From: Nitrospirota bacterium
GTDB lineage: Bacteria > Nitrospirota > UBA9217
Assembly (NCBI GenBank): GCA_963740085.1
Contig: CAVUCU010000001.1
Span: forward strand, 1 to 64,000
Reading direction: 5' to 3'
Length of the DNA stretch: 64,000 bases
In this document: one piece after another, positions 51,859 to 61,369 of the stretch
Numbering within the stretch: position 1 is the stretch's first letter
How the letters are laid out: each line of letters opens with the position of its first letter
Made by a program: the position numbers and the translations under genes
Notes under the pieces: model-generated
What the model was told of the DNA's origin: nothing
Databases searched by the model: none
What the model saw: only the letters and a program-made list of their open reading frames with translations

Positions 51859-52752
51859 TCAAACTAATTTTGACTGGGATTTCAGGTGTTCCAGGAAGAG
51901 TTGATAGAGCCGTGGAAGAGAGCGTTTCTTGTGCGTTGCCACATAAAAACTTCTTTTCATCCGGATATTCGTGATCTTTATTTCTTTGAGCGTTTTGTGC
52001 TTTAATTCTTCTTCAACGGAATATTTCGATACGACTGCGATTCCCAGGCCAGCCTTGACAGCTTGCTTGACCGCATCGGTAGATCCGAAGACACCTGCGT
52101 GCAGCATGGTCTCCATGGAAAAGCCCTGGGCCTCTAATAATTTTTCAGCTTCCCGGCGGGTGCCCGACCCTTCTTCACGCATTACCATGGGATATTTTGA
52201 AAGGTCTTTCAGCTTTATGATGTTGCCTTTAACCATGGGAGGAGAGGACACAACGATCAGTTCATCCTCCATGAACGGTAGAGAGGATATTTGTGAGCTG
52301 TTCAGCCTCGCCCCAACCAGGCCCAGGAGAATTTCGTGCTGCAAGACCTTCTGCACAATCGCCTTCGAGTCGGATACGAGGATCTGAAACGACACCGCTG
52401 GATAAGTTTTTTTAAAGGTTGCCACCAGGGAAGGAAGCAAATAAGTGCCCGGTATCGAACTTGCGCCGATGATCAGTTCTCCGGCGACTTCTTTCTTGAA
52501 TTGACCGATAGCATGTCGGATGCCATCAGCCTTTTCGGTTACTTCGATGGCGTAATTGTACAGGACCTCGGCCTCACCCGTCGGGATGATCTTTCTCCCC
52601 AATCGTTCGAACAGCGTGCACTCGAGATAGTCCTCCAGGGATTTGATATGATCGCTGACGGTCGGCTGGCTGAGCCGCAACTCCCGTGACGCCTTCGAGA
52701 AGCTGCGGTTCCTGAATACGGAAAGGAATATCCTGAGGTGATGAATGTCCAT
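51859..52752 (-). CDS. LysR family regulator (CysL/selenium-metabolism-associated type)
   Basis: SFSKAS.EL.LSQPTVS, IGASSIPGTY.LP, MREEGSGTR, GSTDAVKQAV. Confidence 0.92.
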   Translation of the reverse strand: MDIHHLRIFLSVFRNRSFSKASRELRLSQPTVSDHIKSLEDYLECTLFERLGRKIIPTGEAEVLYNYAIEVTEKADGIRHAIGQFKKEVAGELIIGASSIPGTYLLPSLVATFKKTYPAVSFQILVSDSKAIVQKVLQHEILLGLVGARLNSSQISSLPFMEDELIVVSSPPMVKGNIIKLKDLSKYPMVMREEGSGTRREAEKLLEAQGFSMETMLHAGVFGSTDAVKQAVKAGLGIAVVSKYSVEEELKHKTLKEIKITNIRMKRSFYVATHKKRSLPRLYQLFLEHLKSQSKLV

Positions 52753-52906
52753 GGAATGACAATAGCATCTCCGTTTACGATATGTCAATAGAAACCGTCC
52801 ATTATCTGCAGGAAGGATTCATCCTGAACGATGTAATTATACAGACCGGGAAGCCGCGGAACATATTTTCCCGAACGCGACATAAAGATAAAATTAGAAC
52901 TTTACA

Positions 52907-52935
52907 TTGACATCATCTCTCTCAACCTTTATAGT
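52907..52935 (+). promoter_or_regulatory. Promoter TTGACA-17-TATAGT; predicted start at the ATG (leaderless)
   Basis: -35 52907-52912, -10 52930-52935, ATG at 52942. Confidence 0.75.
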
Positions 52936-52941
52936 AATCTT

Positions 52942-53226
52942 ATGAGATGGCAGGCATTCATCATACTTGCGGCAATCGTCCTGAGCATTGCCGGCCCCCC
53001 TACTTTGATTCTGACCGGCGTTCATGACAGCCGGACAGAGATTGGAACTCTTGACGTCTGCCACTCGTCGGCTCCCGCGCTCTCTTCAAACGGCGAGATG
53101 CCCTGCGTGAACGAATGTACGTTCAATGCACATCCACTGGCGCCGAGCATGGTCTCTGAAATTTCGAATTCCCCTTGTAAACCCTTCTACATCGCCTTTC
53201 AAGACGAACGTCCTCCGAAAAGCTGA
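52942..53226 (+). CDS. Signal-peptide ORF with Cys/His motif and C-terminal RPP (DUF2946/CruR-like leader)
   Basis: LDVCH, PCVNEC, ends QDERPPKS. Confidence 0.65.
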   Translation: MRWQAFIILAAIVLSIAGPPTLILTGVHDSRTEIGTLDVCHSSAPALSSNGEMPCVNECTFNAHPLAPSMVSEISNSPCKPFYIAFQDERPPKS

Positions 53227-53454
53227 TCGCTGGTCCACTACCGAAATCGTAACTGTGCGTCCCTGGAATTAACACGTGCATGCGTTGCAGGTGCTGGGAA
53301 GCTCGAGCCCGCTTCAGCAATATCCGTCATAAATATGGTGCTCTTGTTCTCATCTGAAACGCTGCCGATGTTGCCATCACCGGGTGCATTACGATTTCAT
53401 ATGCTATCAGCTATTTTCAATAAAAAGTCAGTGAGTATCCTGAATGGAGGAAAA

Positions 53455-54327
53455 ATGAATTCATATTTTATTAGAATCTTCAGCGTTATATTCCCGGTCG
53501 TCATCGTAATGCTGCTGTTCGTCTCTGGATGCGGCAAGTCATCATCTGATCCTGCATCACCGGTGTATAAGGTCGAATATGTCCCCGGCACGGGCATGAA
53601 CGCGCCTGTCCAGGGGAAAACCGTGTATCAGCTCAAGATCACCAGGCAAAGCGACGGCTCCGCGGCAACCGGCCTCGCGCCGACGCTGACCATGACCATG
53701 TTCATGATAAATGGAGACAAACATTCAACGCCTGCTGATGCCGTCAAAGAATCAGCCACACCCGGTTACTATGACTGCACGGTCTACTATCTCATGGCAT
53801 CCGGCCCGACCATGGGTACCTGGGAAATGAAGGTCTCGGTCGCCGGAGAGACTACAACCATCAATCCCGATGTTGCCATGGCGATGGGAAGCGACACGGT
53901 TCGCGCAACTCTCTATGGCTCCGACGATATCGTCAGCGGCATGTCGGGTACGACCTATAACAAATATTATATCTTCCGGGACGGGATGACGAGCCAGTCA
54001 ATGCCGACCTTAAAGTTGTACATTTCCCACGCTGAGGACATGATGATGGACTTCAAGGCCGCGTCCGAAGGATCGGTCCTGAGCAGCCCGACGGACACCG
54101 TGGCGACGATGACCATTCAGGCGTCCATGGATGGAGGATCCACCTGGATACCCGGCATTGACAATACGAATGGACACTGGTCGGTTCCCGGATTGACAGG
54201 ACTGGTAACGGGCCAGACCAGCACGATCTATGTTAAACTGAATGTGAATAGCCAGGATAAAACAACGGACGGTAATACGGCATCCAGCTCGAATAACTAT
54301 GCGACATTCATCGTTACCCCGCAATAA
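53455..54327 (+). CDS. Met-rich lipoprotein, YtkA/FixH-like Ig domain
   Basis: Lipobox VSGC; MTMFM..KHSTP, PGYY..VYYLM..G.W. Confidence 0.75.
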   Translation: MNSYFIRIFSVIFPVVIVMLLFVSGCGKSSSDPASPVYKVEYVPGTGMNAPVQGKTVYQLKITRQSDGSAATGLAPTLTMTMFMINGDKHSTPADAVKESATPGYYDCTVYYLMASGPTMGTWEMKVSVAGETTTINPDVAMAMGSDTVRATLYGSDDIVSGMSGTTYNKYYIFRDGMTSQSMPTLKLYISHAEDMMMDFKAASEGSVLSSPTDTVATMTIQASMDGGSTWIPGIDNTNGHWSVPGLTGLVTGQTSTIYVKLNVNSQDKTTDGNTASSSNNYATFIVTPQ

Positions 54328-54337
54328 AAGGATACGA

Positions 54338-55312
54338 ATGGTTCAGCGGACTATCATTGCAGCGGCCCTTCTCTGGGGGGCCGCATGCTTCTTCGCATCA
54401 CATGCCCACGCAGGTTCCTGCTGCGGAGGCGGCGGGGGCGCGACCCTGGTGTTGCCGGAGTTCTATCAGGCCATGGTCGACGTCTCTTTTGATATGGAGA
54501 AATACGATGGCTTCTGGAACCAGGATGGGAAGTATACGCCCGACCCTGCGGGATCCGATCTGCGGCAATACCGGCTGAACACCGGCTATGCCCGGCGTCT
54601 TTCAACAAAATGGCAAGCCAGCATCATCGTCCCCTATGTCTGGAACGAGAACAAATACTCGGGCCTTTCCTCCCGCTCCGAAGGATTAGGCGACACGACG
54701 TTGAACCTCTGGTACGAGGCAATTGACGACAAGTCGGCTTGGAAGATCCGGAATTTAAAGGAGATGATGCCTTCGATCACTATCGGCACTGCGCTGCTCG
54801 TTCCTACCGGCATTTCACCCTACGACAGCGTGAACAGCAGTTTCGATGTCACCGGACGGGGCTTCTACAGGCTCGACGGCAACGTCCTTATCGCAAAAAT
54901 GCTCCATCCCTGGAGCGCTACGGTCTCCCTGGGCTATGGGACCTACCTCGAAAGACCGGTCAACCGGGAATACGGAAAATACGTGGAACCGTACCAGAAG
55001 AAACTGGGGGACCGCACGTCGGCATCTGTTTCCCTGGGTTATATTTATTATCTCGGATCGGGAGGCGACACGCTGACCGGGACCGGATCGTTTTCCTATC
55101 TGCATGAGGACGATGCTTCCATAAATGGAAGCCGGCAGCCTTTGAGCGGATTTGAGAAAAATGCCTTCGGGGGGACCATCGCTTATTCCGGCACCGACAG
55201 TGATTGGACCATCAGGGTTTCATGGAGCCACGCGATCCAGCGAAATGACTGGGGAAAGAATTTCCCCACAACCGACATCTATACGATAGGAGCCAGCTAT
55301 GGGTTCCGTTAA
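54338..55312 (+). CDS. Outer-membrane beta-barrel (SphA/MetA-like) with N-terminal SCCGG
   Basis: Signal peptide AHA, GLGD, TGRGFY, ends SYGFR. Confidence 0.7.
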   Translation: MVQRTIIAAALLWGAACFFASHAHAGSCCGGGGGATLVLPEFYQAMVDVSFDMEKYDGFWNQDGKYTPDPAGSDLRQYRLNTGYARRLSTKWQASIIVPYVWNENKYSGLSSRSEGLGDTTLNLWYEAIDDKSAWKIRNLKEMMPSITIGTALLVPTGISPYDSVNSSFDVTGRGFYRLDGNVLIAKMLHPWSATVSLGYGTYLERPVNREYGKYVEPYQKKLGDRTSASVSLGYIYYLGSGGDTLTGTGSFSYLHEDDASINGSRQPLSGFEKNAFGGTIAYSGTDSDWTIRVSWSHAIQRNDWGKNFPTTDIYTIGASYGFR

Positions 55313-55850
55313 TATGCTTGCACTAGTTCTGATCCTGATGATGTTCACCGGATGCGGCAATACGCTGAACGATCTCAGTCCATCCAACAGCGATAAACGA
55401 CCCGCCGCGCAGCCGGGTACCACGGGATCGGAAGTTGGCCAGGATGCCCCGGATTTCACGGTCTCCGACACCCTTGGAAACAACGTAACACTCTCGTCGG
55501 TGACCCCGTCAGTGCAGGGCGTCGTTATGTACTTTACCATGTGGTGCCCTGTCTGCGACGGCCATATGAGCAACATGCGGGATGTCGTGATACCCGCATT
55601 CCCGGGCGTGCGCTTTTACGCGGTCGACTATGTGTCCGGCACTGTTGAGAAGGCAAGGAGTGAACAACTCGCGAGCGGATATGGCGGGTCAGCGTTCACG
55701 GTGCTGGCGGATACGAATCAGGCAGTCAGTGGACTTTACAATGGTACGATGGGGACCACGATCGTCATAGACCGGTTCGGTGTTATCCGGATGAATGAGG
55801 ACTACAAGGACGGCACGCGGCTTCAGGCCATCCTCTCCGGGTTGCCGTGA
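55299..55850 (+). CDS. Thioredoxin-like (TlpA/peroxiredoxin) lipoprotein
   Basis: Lipobox FTGC, APDFT, WCPVC, VIDRFGVIR. Confidence 0.85.
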   Translation: MGSVNMLALVLILMMFTGCGNTLNDLSPSNSDKRPAAQPGTTGSEVGQDAPDFTVSDTLGNNVTLSSVTPSVQGVVMYFTMWCPVCDGHMSNMRDVVIPAFPGVRFYAVDYVSGTVEKARSEQLASGYGGSAFTVLADTNQAVSGLYNGTMGTTIVIDRFGVIRMNEDYKDGTRLQAILSGLP

Positions 55851-55882
55851 TCCATGCGACCTCACTACGAAAGGAGTCTTTC

Positions 55883-56353
55883 ATGTTAAAACGAAGATAT
55901 TTTGCCGCCATCCTTATCTCCGTGGTCCTGTCCTGTTTCTCAGGCGCGGCCATTTTTGCCCAGAGCGATATCGATGATCACCGTTCATGCGCCCAATGCG
56001 GCATGGACAGAAAAGCCTACGGATACAGCAGGATGCTGATCCGGTACCAGGATGGTTCCGAGGTGGGCGTCTGCAGCCTTCATTGCGCTGTTGTTGATAT
56101 GGATGCGAACAAGGCGCGCGCGGTACAGTCCCTGCTCGTCGCCGACCGGGATACCCGTGTCCTGATAGATGTGGAAAAAGCGATATGGGTCGTGGGCGGC
56201 ACAAAGCGCGGCGTGATGACGCAGAGACCGGCATGGGCCTTCGCGTCAAGAACCGCGGCCGATGCTTTCATGAGATCCTATGGCGGAGAGATCGCCGCCT
56301 GGAGCGATGTCCTCGCTTCAGCCCGATCGGAAGCTGCCGGGGGGCATCGATAG
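55883..56353 (+). CDS. NosL family copper-binding protein
   Basis: CAQCGMD, CSLHC, GVMT..AWAF...A..F...YGG. Confidence 0.85.
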   Translation: MLKRRYFAAILISVVLSCFSGAAIFAQSDIDDHRSCAQCGMDRKAYGYSRMLIRYQDGSEVGVCSLHCAVVDMDANKARAVQSLLVADRDTRVLIDVEKAIWVVGGTKRGVMTQRPAWAFASRTAADAFMRSYGGEIAAWSDVLASARSEAAGGHR

Positions 56354-56513
56354 AAGGTTATCAGACCGCATTATACAACAACACCGCGCGTGGTTGGCCT
56401 TTTTTACATCTCCCCTTGCATGGGGCGGCTCCTGCATGATCGACGACATCGGAATAAGCGCTATAATTATTCGAGACATAGGAATGCAGACTTATTAAAT
56501 TAAGGAGAAAAAC

Positions 56514-57488
56514 ATGAGTGCCTGTGAGAAAGGTTCAATGGCGAGATGGTTGCGGCAAGCTTTCTGTTTCGCTCTTATGATGATCATCGCATCAATCCCG
56601 GCAACTTCATTCGCTCACGGGGTCGCGGGACAGAGATTCTTCCCGACCACGTTTGCAGTCGATGATCCATTCGTCTCCGATGAGTTTTCAGTGCTCTTTA
56701 ATTCCCTGAAAATGGACGATCAAGCGGGCGGGCCGCAGGTCCGGACTTCGTCGATTGACGTCGGATTTGCCAAGCGCATTCTGCCCAATTTCGGAATAGA
56801 GGTCGCTGAATCGTACCAGCGCCTGCAGACCGCGGGCGACGGCTCTGTCAGCGGCTACGGCAACCTTGAAGTGAGCGCTAAATATCAGTTTTACACGAGC
56901 GCTTCACATGAAACGATCGTTTCCTTCGGCGTGTCGGACGAGATCGGGAACACGGGTTCCCGCAAAGTGGGCGCAGAGTCCTTCTCTGTCATTTCGCCCG
57001 CCTTCTTTTTCGGCAAGGGGTTTGGAGACCTGCCCGACTCAATGAATTTTTTGAAGCCTCTGGCAATCACCGGGGTTATCGGCCCGAACTTCCCCTCGCA
57101 GAAACAAACGAGCACCGTCAACGAGGACACGGGAGACATAGACGTGGAACGTCATTCGACCACGCTGACCTGGGCGTTCACCCTTCAGTACAGTCTCATG
57201 TATCTCCAGTCGGCAGTGAAGGACGTTGGGCTTGGCGTTCCCTTCAACCGGATGGTCGCGGTCGTCGAATTTCCGATGGAGACGTGTCTGAACAAGGACT
57301 GTAAAAACCAGACGAGCGGGACCGTCAATCCGGGGATCGCCTGGATCGGAAAATATTCGGAGTTGGGCATTGCTGCGGAGATCCCGATGAACCCGCGGTC
57401 GGGAGCGGGAACCGGTGTCTTCGTTCTTTTTCACCTCTTTATCGATGACCTGTTTCCGACGAGCATAGGGAGGCCGATATTCCCTTGA
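56514..57488 (+). CDS. Exported putative beta-barrel protein preceding copC
   Basis: Signal then HGVAGQRFFPTT..DDPFVSDE; ends IDDLFP..GRPIF. Confidence 0.75.
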   Translation: MSACEKGSMARWLRQAFCFALMMIIASIPATSFAHGVAGQRFFPTTFAVDDPFVSDEFSVLFNSLKMDDQAGGPQVRTSSIDVGFAKRILPNFGIEVAESYQRLQTAGDGSVSGYGNLEVSAKYQFYTSASHETIVSFGVSDEIGNTGSRKVGAESFSVISPAFFFGKGFGDLPDSMNFLKPLAITGVIGPNFPSQKQTSTVNEDTGDIDVERHSTTLTWAFTLQYSLMYLQSAVKDVGLGVPFNRMVAVVEFPMETCLNKDCKNQTSGTVNPGIAWIGKYSELGIAAEIPMNPRSGAGTGVFVLFHLFIDDLFPTSIGRPIFP

Positions 57489-57874
57489 AAAAAACATCCT
57501 CACGATCTTCCGATGTAAGGACAACAGCCGCGCTCTTGTTCATGCTGTTTCTCTTCATCCTGCCAAATGCAGCGCGGGGCCACGCGTACCCGGACCACGC
57601 CGATCCCAGAGTGGGATCGACTGTCAACGCGTCTCCTGACCGTGTACGCATATGGTTCGACAGTGAACTGGAACCGGCCTTTTCCACTATCACGGTCCAT
57701 AATTCGCAGGATACGACGGTGGACAACAAGGATGGACGCGTGAATCCGTCCGATGCAACGCTGCTTGAAGTGAGCGTGCCCAGGCTTCCTCCGGGCAAGT
57801 ATCGCGTGGTTTGGAATGTCGTGGCCAGGGACGGGCACCGTACGGCAGGCGACTATCTCTTCACGATCAAATGA
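57485..57874 (+). CDS. copC: Copper resistance protein CopC
   Basis: Mature N-terminus HAYP..DP; Y.V.W.VVARDGH..G.Y.F. Confidence 0.9.
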   Translation: MKKTSSRSSDVRTTAALLFMLFLFILPNAARGHAYPDHADPRVGSTVNASPDRVRIWFDSELEPAFSTITVHNSQDTTVDNKDGRVNPSDATLLEVSVPRLPPGKYRVVWNVVARDGHRTAGDYLFTIK

Positions 57875-59667
57875 CTTCCTTTCTTCACATTATTCCTGAA
57901 TGGTTCGAACTCGGCGCCCTGACCTTCTGCATCGGCTTGCTTACCTGCCGTCTCTGGGTCTTTCCTCTTGCGGCGCACACCGGCCTTATCGAACAAGACA
58001 ATATCCTCGATACGATGTGGAACCTGCTCTTCGTTTGCGCGGCGGTGATGATCGTCAGCAGCGGCGTCAATTTGATCTTGCGCGCCGCGGAGATGAGCGG
58101 AAATTCCCTCTCGACGGTTTTCCCCGTGCTTCCTGCGGTCATCTTCCGAACCCACCTCGGACGTGCCTGGCTTATTCGCATCGTGTGTCTTGTTATTTTG
58201 TTGATTTCGCTTCTGGCGGGTGGACGGCGCCGTGATTCGCGCGGACTTATGGGCCTCATGCTCGGCATCGTCGTAATCATCGTCATGACCGAAAGCGCAT
58301 CAGGACACGCTTCTGATAAAGGAGATTTCAGTGTCCCTGAAATTATGGATTTTCTCCATCTCCTCGCCGTCGGCGTTTGGGGAGGAGGGCTCTTTGCTTT
58401 GTCCCTTGTCGTTCTTCTAAAATTGACAAGGGCAGCTGATCAGGCAGCGGCATCGCTCGCCGACGTTGCCCAAAGATTTTCAAGACTCGCGGGCTACGCC
58501 GTAGCGGTCATCGCGATCACGGCGATCTACAACGCCTGGTCATACGTGGGGAGTTTCGGACCTGCCTGGAAATCGCCCTACGGCATGACGGTCCTCGCAA
58601 AGATCGTCATTTTCCTCCTGCTTGTTCTTCTCGGAGCATTCAATCGGTACATCAGCGTTCCCCTGTTGATCGAATGGGGAGGGTCTTCTTTTCCGGGACT
58701 CGGCATGATCGATCGCTTCACGAACCGTTTTCTTTCCCGTTCTCTCCGTGATCGAGCGGGAAAATCGATCGCTTTTTTGTTCATGCGAGCCGTGCGGGTC
58801 GAGGCACTGCTCATGGTGTTGGCACTCTTATGTGCGGCCATGCTTCGTCATGATGTCCCGGCACTTCATTATTCTCATGGTGGACATGGGCACGCGCACC
58901 ATCCGGCCCAGGGTTCCGCCCCGGTCGTCAGCCTTGAGACCGAACCTTCAACGATTAACGCGGGAAGCCCGGTGAAGATAACGGTCCGCATGAAAGATCC
59001 CGGGGGGAGGCCCCTGCAAGGGCTCGCCATCTCCCATGAAAGGATACTTCATATGCTTATCATCGGTCAGGACATGAGGTCCTTTGCTCACATCCATCCC
59101 GAGGATGCGGGGCCGATCACCGGTGAGATGCTGAAAAAGGCTGTCTTCCCGCTGCGCTTTACGTTTCCAAAGGCGGGGGAATATCTTGTCGGGGTCGACT
59201 TTTATGCGGGAGATGAATTTTACAGCCAAGTGTTTCGCGTCTCTGTCGGTGGCAGGCCGGCGATGAGAGCTCCCGAGACGGATCTCTCGACGAGAAGGAT
59301 TTTCGGAGAGTACACGGTAACCTTAGCCACCTCCCCGATGCAGGTCAAGGCGGGTGAGGAAACCTCACTGAGATACGTCATTGAAAAAGATGGGGTGCCT
59401 GTTACCGACCTAGGTCCCTACCTGGGCGCGGCGATGCATATTGCCGTCGTCTCCGATGACCTCAAACGGTATATTCACGCCCACGGGACAATTCCCGGAG
59501 AGCCCCATGCCCACCACGACCATATGCATTCCCTACCCCCGAGAAGGTTCGGCCCGGAGATAGAGTCCGACGTCGTCTTCCCTGTCAAGGGGATCTATAC
59601 GATATTCAGTCAGGTAAAACACGGTGACAAGGTTCTTCGCTTCGATTTTATGGTGAATGTACAATGA
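57871..59667 (+). CDS. copD: CopD fused to His-rich periplasmic domains
   Basis: SGHA, LHLLAVGVWGGGL, FSRLA, YG..LAK; C-terminal FAHIHP, YLGAAMH, YIHAH. Confidence 0.85.
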   Translation: MTSFLHIIPEWFELGALTFCIGLLTCRLWVFPLAAHTGLIEQDNILDTMWNLLFVCAAVMIVSSGVNLILRAAEMSGNSLSTVFPVLPAVIFRTHLGRAWLIRIVCLVILLISLLAGGRRRDSRGLMGLMLGIVVIIVMTESASGHASDKGDFSVPEIMDFLHLLAVGVWGGGLFALSLVVLLKLTRAADQAAASLADVAQRFSRLAGYAVAVIAITAIYNAWSYVGSFGPAWKSPYGMTVLAKIVIFLLLVLLGAFNRYISVPLLIEWGGSSFPGLGMIDRFTNRFLSRSLRDRAGKSIAFLFMRAVRVEALLMVLALLCAAMLRHDVPALHYSHGGHGHAHHPAQGSAPVVSLETEPSTINAGSPVKITVRMKDPGGRPLQGLAISHERILHMLIIGQDMRSFAHIHPEDAGPITGEMLKKAVFPLRFTFPKAGEYLVGVDFYAGDEFYSQVFRVSVGGRPAMRAPETDLSTRRIFGEYTVTLATSPMQVKAGEETSLRYVIEKDGVPVTDLGPYLGAAMHIAVVSDDLKRYIHAHGTIPGEPHAHHDHMHSLPPRRFGPEIESDVVFPVKGIYTIFSQVKHGDKVLRFDFMVNVQ

Positions 59668-60146
59668 AGAGCTCAGTTACTAAAATGAATTATATGATCC
59701 GCAGAAAAGTCATAACCTGGATTTTGATCGTTCTCTCGATGCCTCTCGTGCTCGCGCTGTTCGCCTCTTGCTCCCGCCAGCCATCTTATCCCCCGCCTCT
59801 TCTAAGCGGTACGGACGTCGTTATTGAGGTCAACGAACTTCAGCCGGAAACTCCGAAGTTTTACACCTATCGATATCAAGGCAAGAGCATTAATTTTTTC
59901 GTGATCAAGATCCAGGACAAGGTCCTGGCCTTTCTCGATGCCTGCGTGACCTGCTTTCCCCACAAGAAAGGTTACCGCTGCGAGGATGGAGCCGTCATTT
60001 GCCGCTATTGCAACACGAAATTTTCGATCTATCAGCTGGAGAAAGGGTTGGGAAGCTGTTATCCGATCAAGATCGAAGGTAGAACTGAAGGGGGTCAGTA
60101 TCGCATTCCCGCAAGGACCCTGGAAGAAGCCGTTGGCAAGTTCTGA
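59664..60146 (+). CDS. DUF2318 Fe-S-containing protein
   Basis: DACVTC, GY, ICRYC..KF, GSCYPI. Confidence 0.82.
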   Translation: MKSSVTKMNYMIRRKVITWILIVLSMPLVLALFASCSRQPSYPPPLLSGTDVVIEVNELQPETPKFYTYRYQGKSINFFVIKIQDKVLAFLDACVTCFPHKKGYRCEDGAVICRYCNTKFSIYQLEKGLGSCYPIKIEGRTEGGQYRIPARTLEEAVGKF

Positions 60147-60160
60147 TACGGCCAGAGGGA

Positions 60161-61369
60161 CTACTCGTAGCGCAGTGCCTGGATGGGGTCCTGGAGCGCT
60201 GCCCTGCGCGCCGGATACACACCGAAGAACACCCCCACGGCTGCCGAGAACGTGAACGCCATGATGATCGACCAGGCCGATACGCTGGTAGGAAGAACAG
60301 TCACAAAAACGGGGATGAGAAGAGCAAGACCGACCCCCAGCAGAATCCCGATCACCCCGCCCGCCCCGGAGAGCGTTATTGCCTCGATCATGAACTGGGC
60401 CATGATGTCCCTGTTCCGGGCGCCAAGGGCCTTCCGGATGCCGATCTCCCTCGTGCGTTCCCGCACCGACACCAGCATGATGTTCATGATGCCGATGCCG
60501 CCCACGACCAGTGATATCCCGGCGATGCCGCCGAGCACGGCGGTCAGCACGCCGAGGATCGTGTTCATCGTTTCAAGCATGGCCCCCTGGGTCTGGATGG
60601 TGAAATCCTCCTTGTGGGCATGCCGCTTTATCAGGATATCCTTGATCTGGGCTATGGCGCGGTCGACATCCTCCGCCCTCGGTGTTGATGCGATGATCTC
60701 GAAGAGCGAGTCGGTATCAAAGAGTTCCTGGCCGCTCGTCACCGGGACGTAGACGATGTCGTCGATGTCCATCCCGAGGCTGGTCCCCTTTTTTCGCATT
60801 ACGCCGATCACGCGATAGCGCGCGTCGGACAGCGTCACCACCTTGCCAAGCGGATTATCCGCGCCGAACAGCTCTTCCTTTACCTTCGTGCCGAGCACAA
60901 TGACCTTGGCCTTTGAATCTACATCTCCCTGTGACACATAGTTCCCCGTGTCGACGAAGAGACTCCTCACCCGCTGGAATTCCGGCGTCGTGCCGATCAC
61001 CATGGTATCCCTGCCCATGTTCTGGTACTTGATCTTTCCGGTGCCTAACACGAGCGGCACCGCGTCGGTCAGGATCCATGCGCGCCGCCTGAGCGCGAGC
61101 GAATCGTCATACGTCAGCTTGCGGACCGTGCCCGCCGATGGAGGATGAAATCCTCCGCGCGTTGATGTTTTTCCCGGAGTGATGATCAGAAGGTTCGTTC
61201 CGAGGCCGGTCAGTTCTTTTGTGATATACACCTGCGCACCCTCGCCGATGGATACAAGAAGGATCACCGCCATGACGCCGATGATCACGCCGAGCATCGT
61301 GAGCCCGGAGCGGACCTTGTTCGAGAGGATCGCCTCGAAGGCGACGCGGAATGTTTCTATAAAGTTCAT
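60161..61369 (-). CDS. MacB/FtsX-like ABC permease
   Basis: RSGLTMLGVIIGV, GGIGIMNIMLVSVRERTREIGIRKALGA, PI.ALRYE. Confidence 0.94.
   Translation of the reverse strand: MNFIETFRVAFEAILSNKVRSGLTMLGVIIGVMAVILLVSIGEGAQVYITKELTGLGTNLLIITPGKTSTRGGFHPPSAGTVRKLTYDDSLALRRRAWILTDAVPLVLGTGKIKYQNMGRDTMVIGTTPEFQRVRSLFVDTGNYVSQGDVDSKAKVIVLGTKVKEELFGADNPLGKVVTLSDARYRVIGVMRKKGTSLGMDIDDIVYVPVTSGQELFDTDSLFEIIASTPRAEDVDRAIAQIKDILIKRHAHKEDFTIQTQGAMLETMNTILGVLTAVLGGIAGISLVVGGIGIMNIMLVSVRERTREIGIRKALGARNRDIMAQFMIEAITLSGAGGVIGILLGVGLALLIPVFVTVLPTSVSAWSIIMAFTFSAAVGVFFGVYPARRAALQDPIQALRYE

Noticed and set aside
50902-56353. Selenoprotein genes near the UCA tRNA
   Set aside because: Rhodanese, redoxin and NosL have Cys codons in uninterrupted frames; no in-frame TGA at a Cys position was seen.
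55883-56353. Nitrous oxide reduction cluster
   Set aside because: Only a NosL-family gene; nosZ, D, F and Y are absent.
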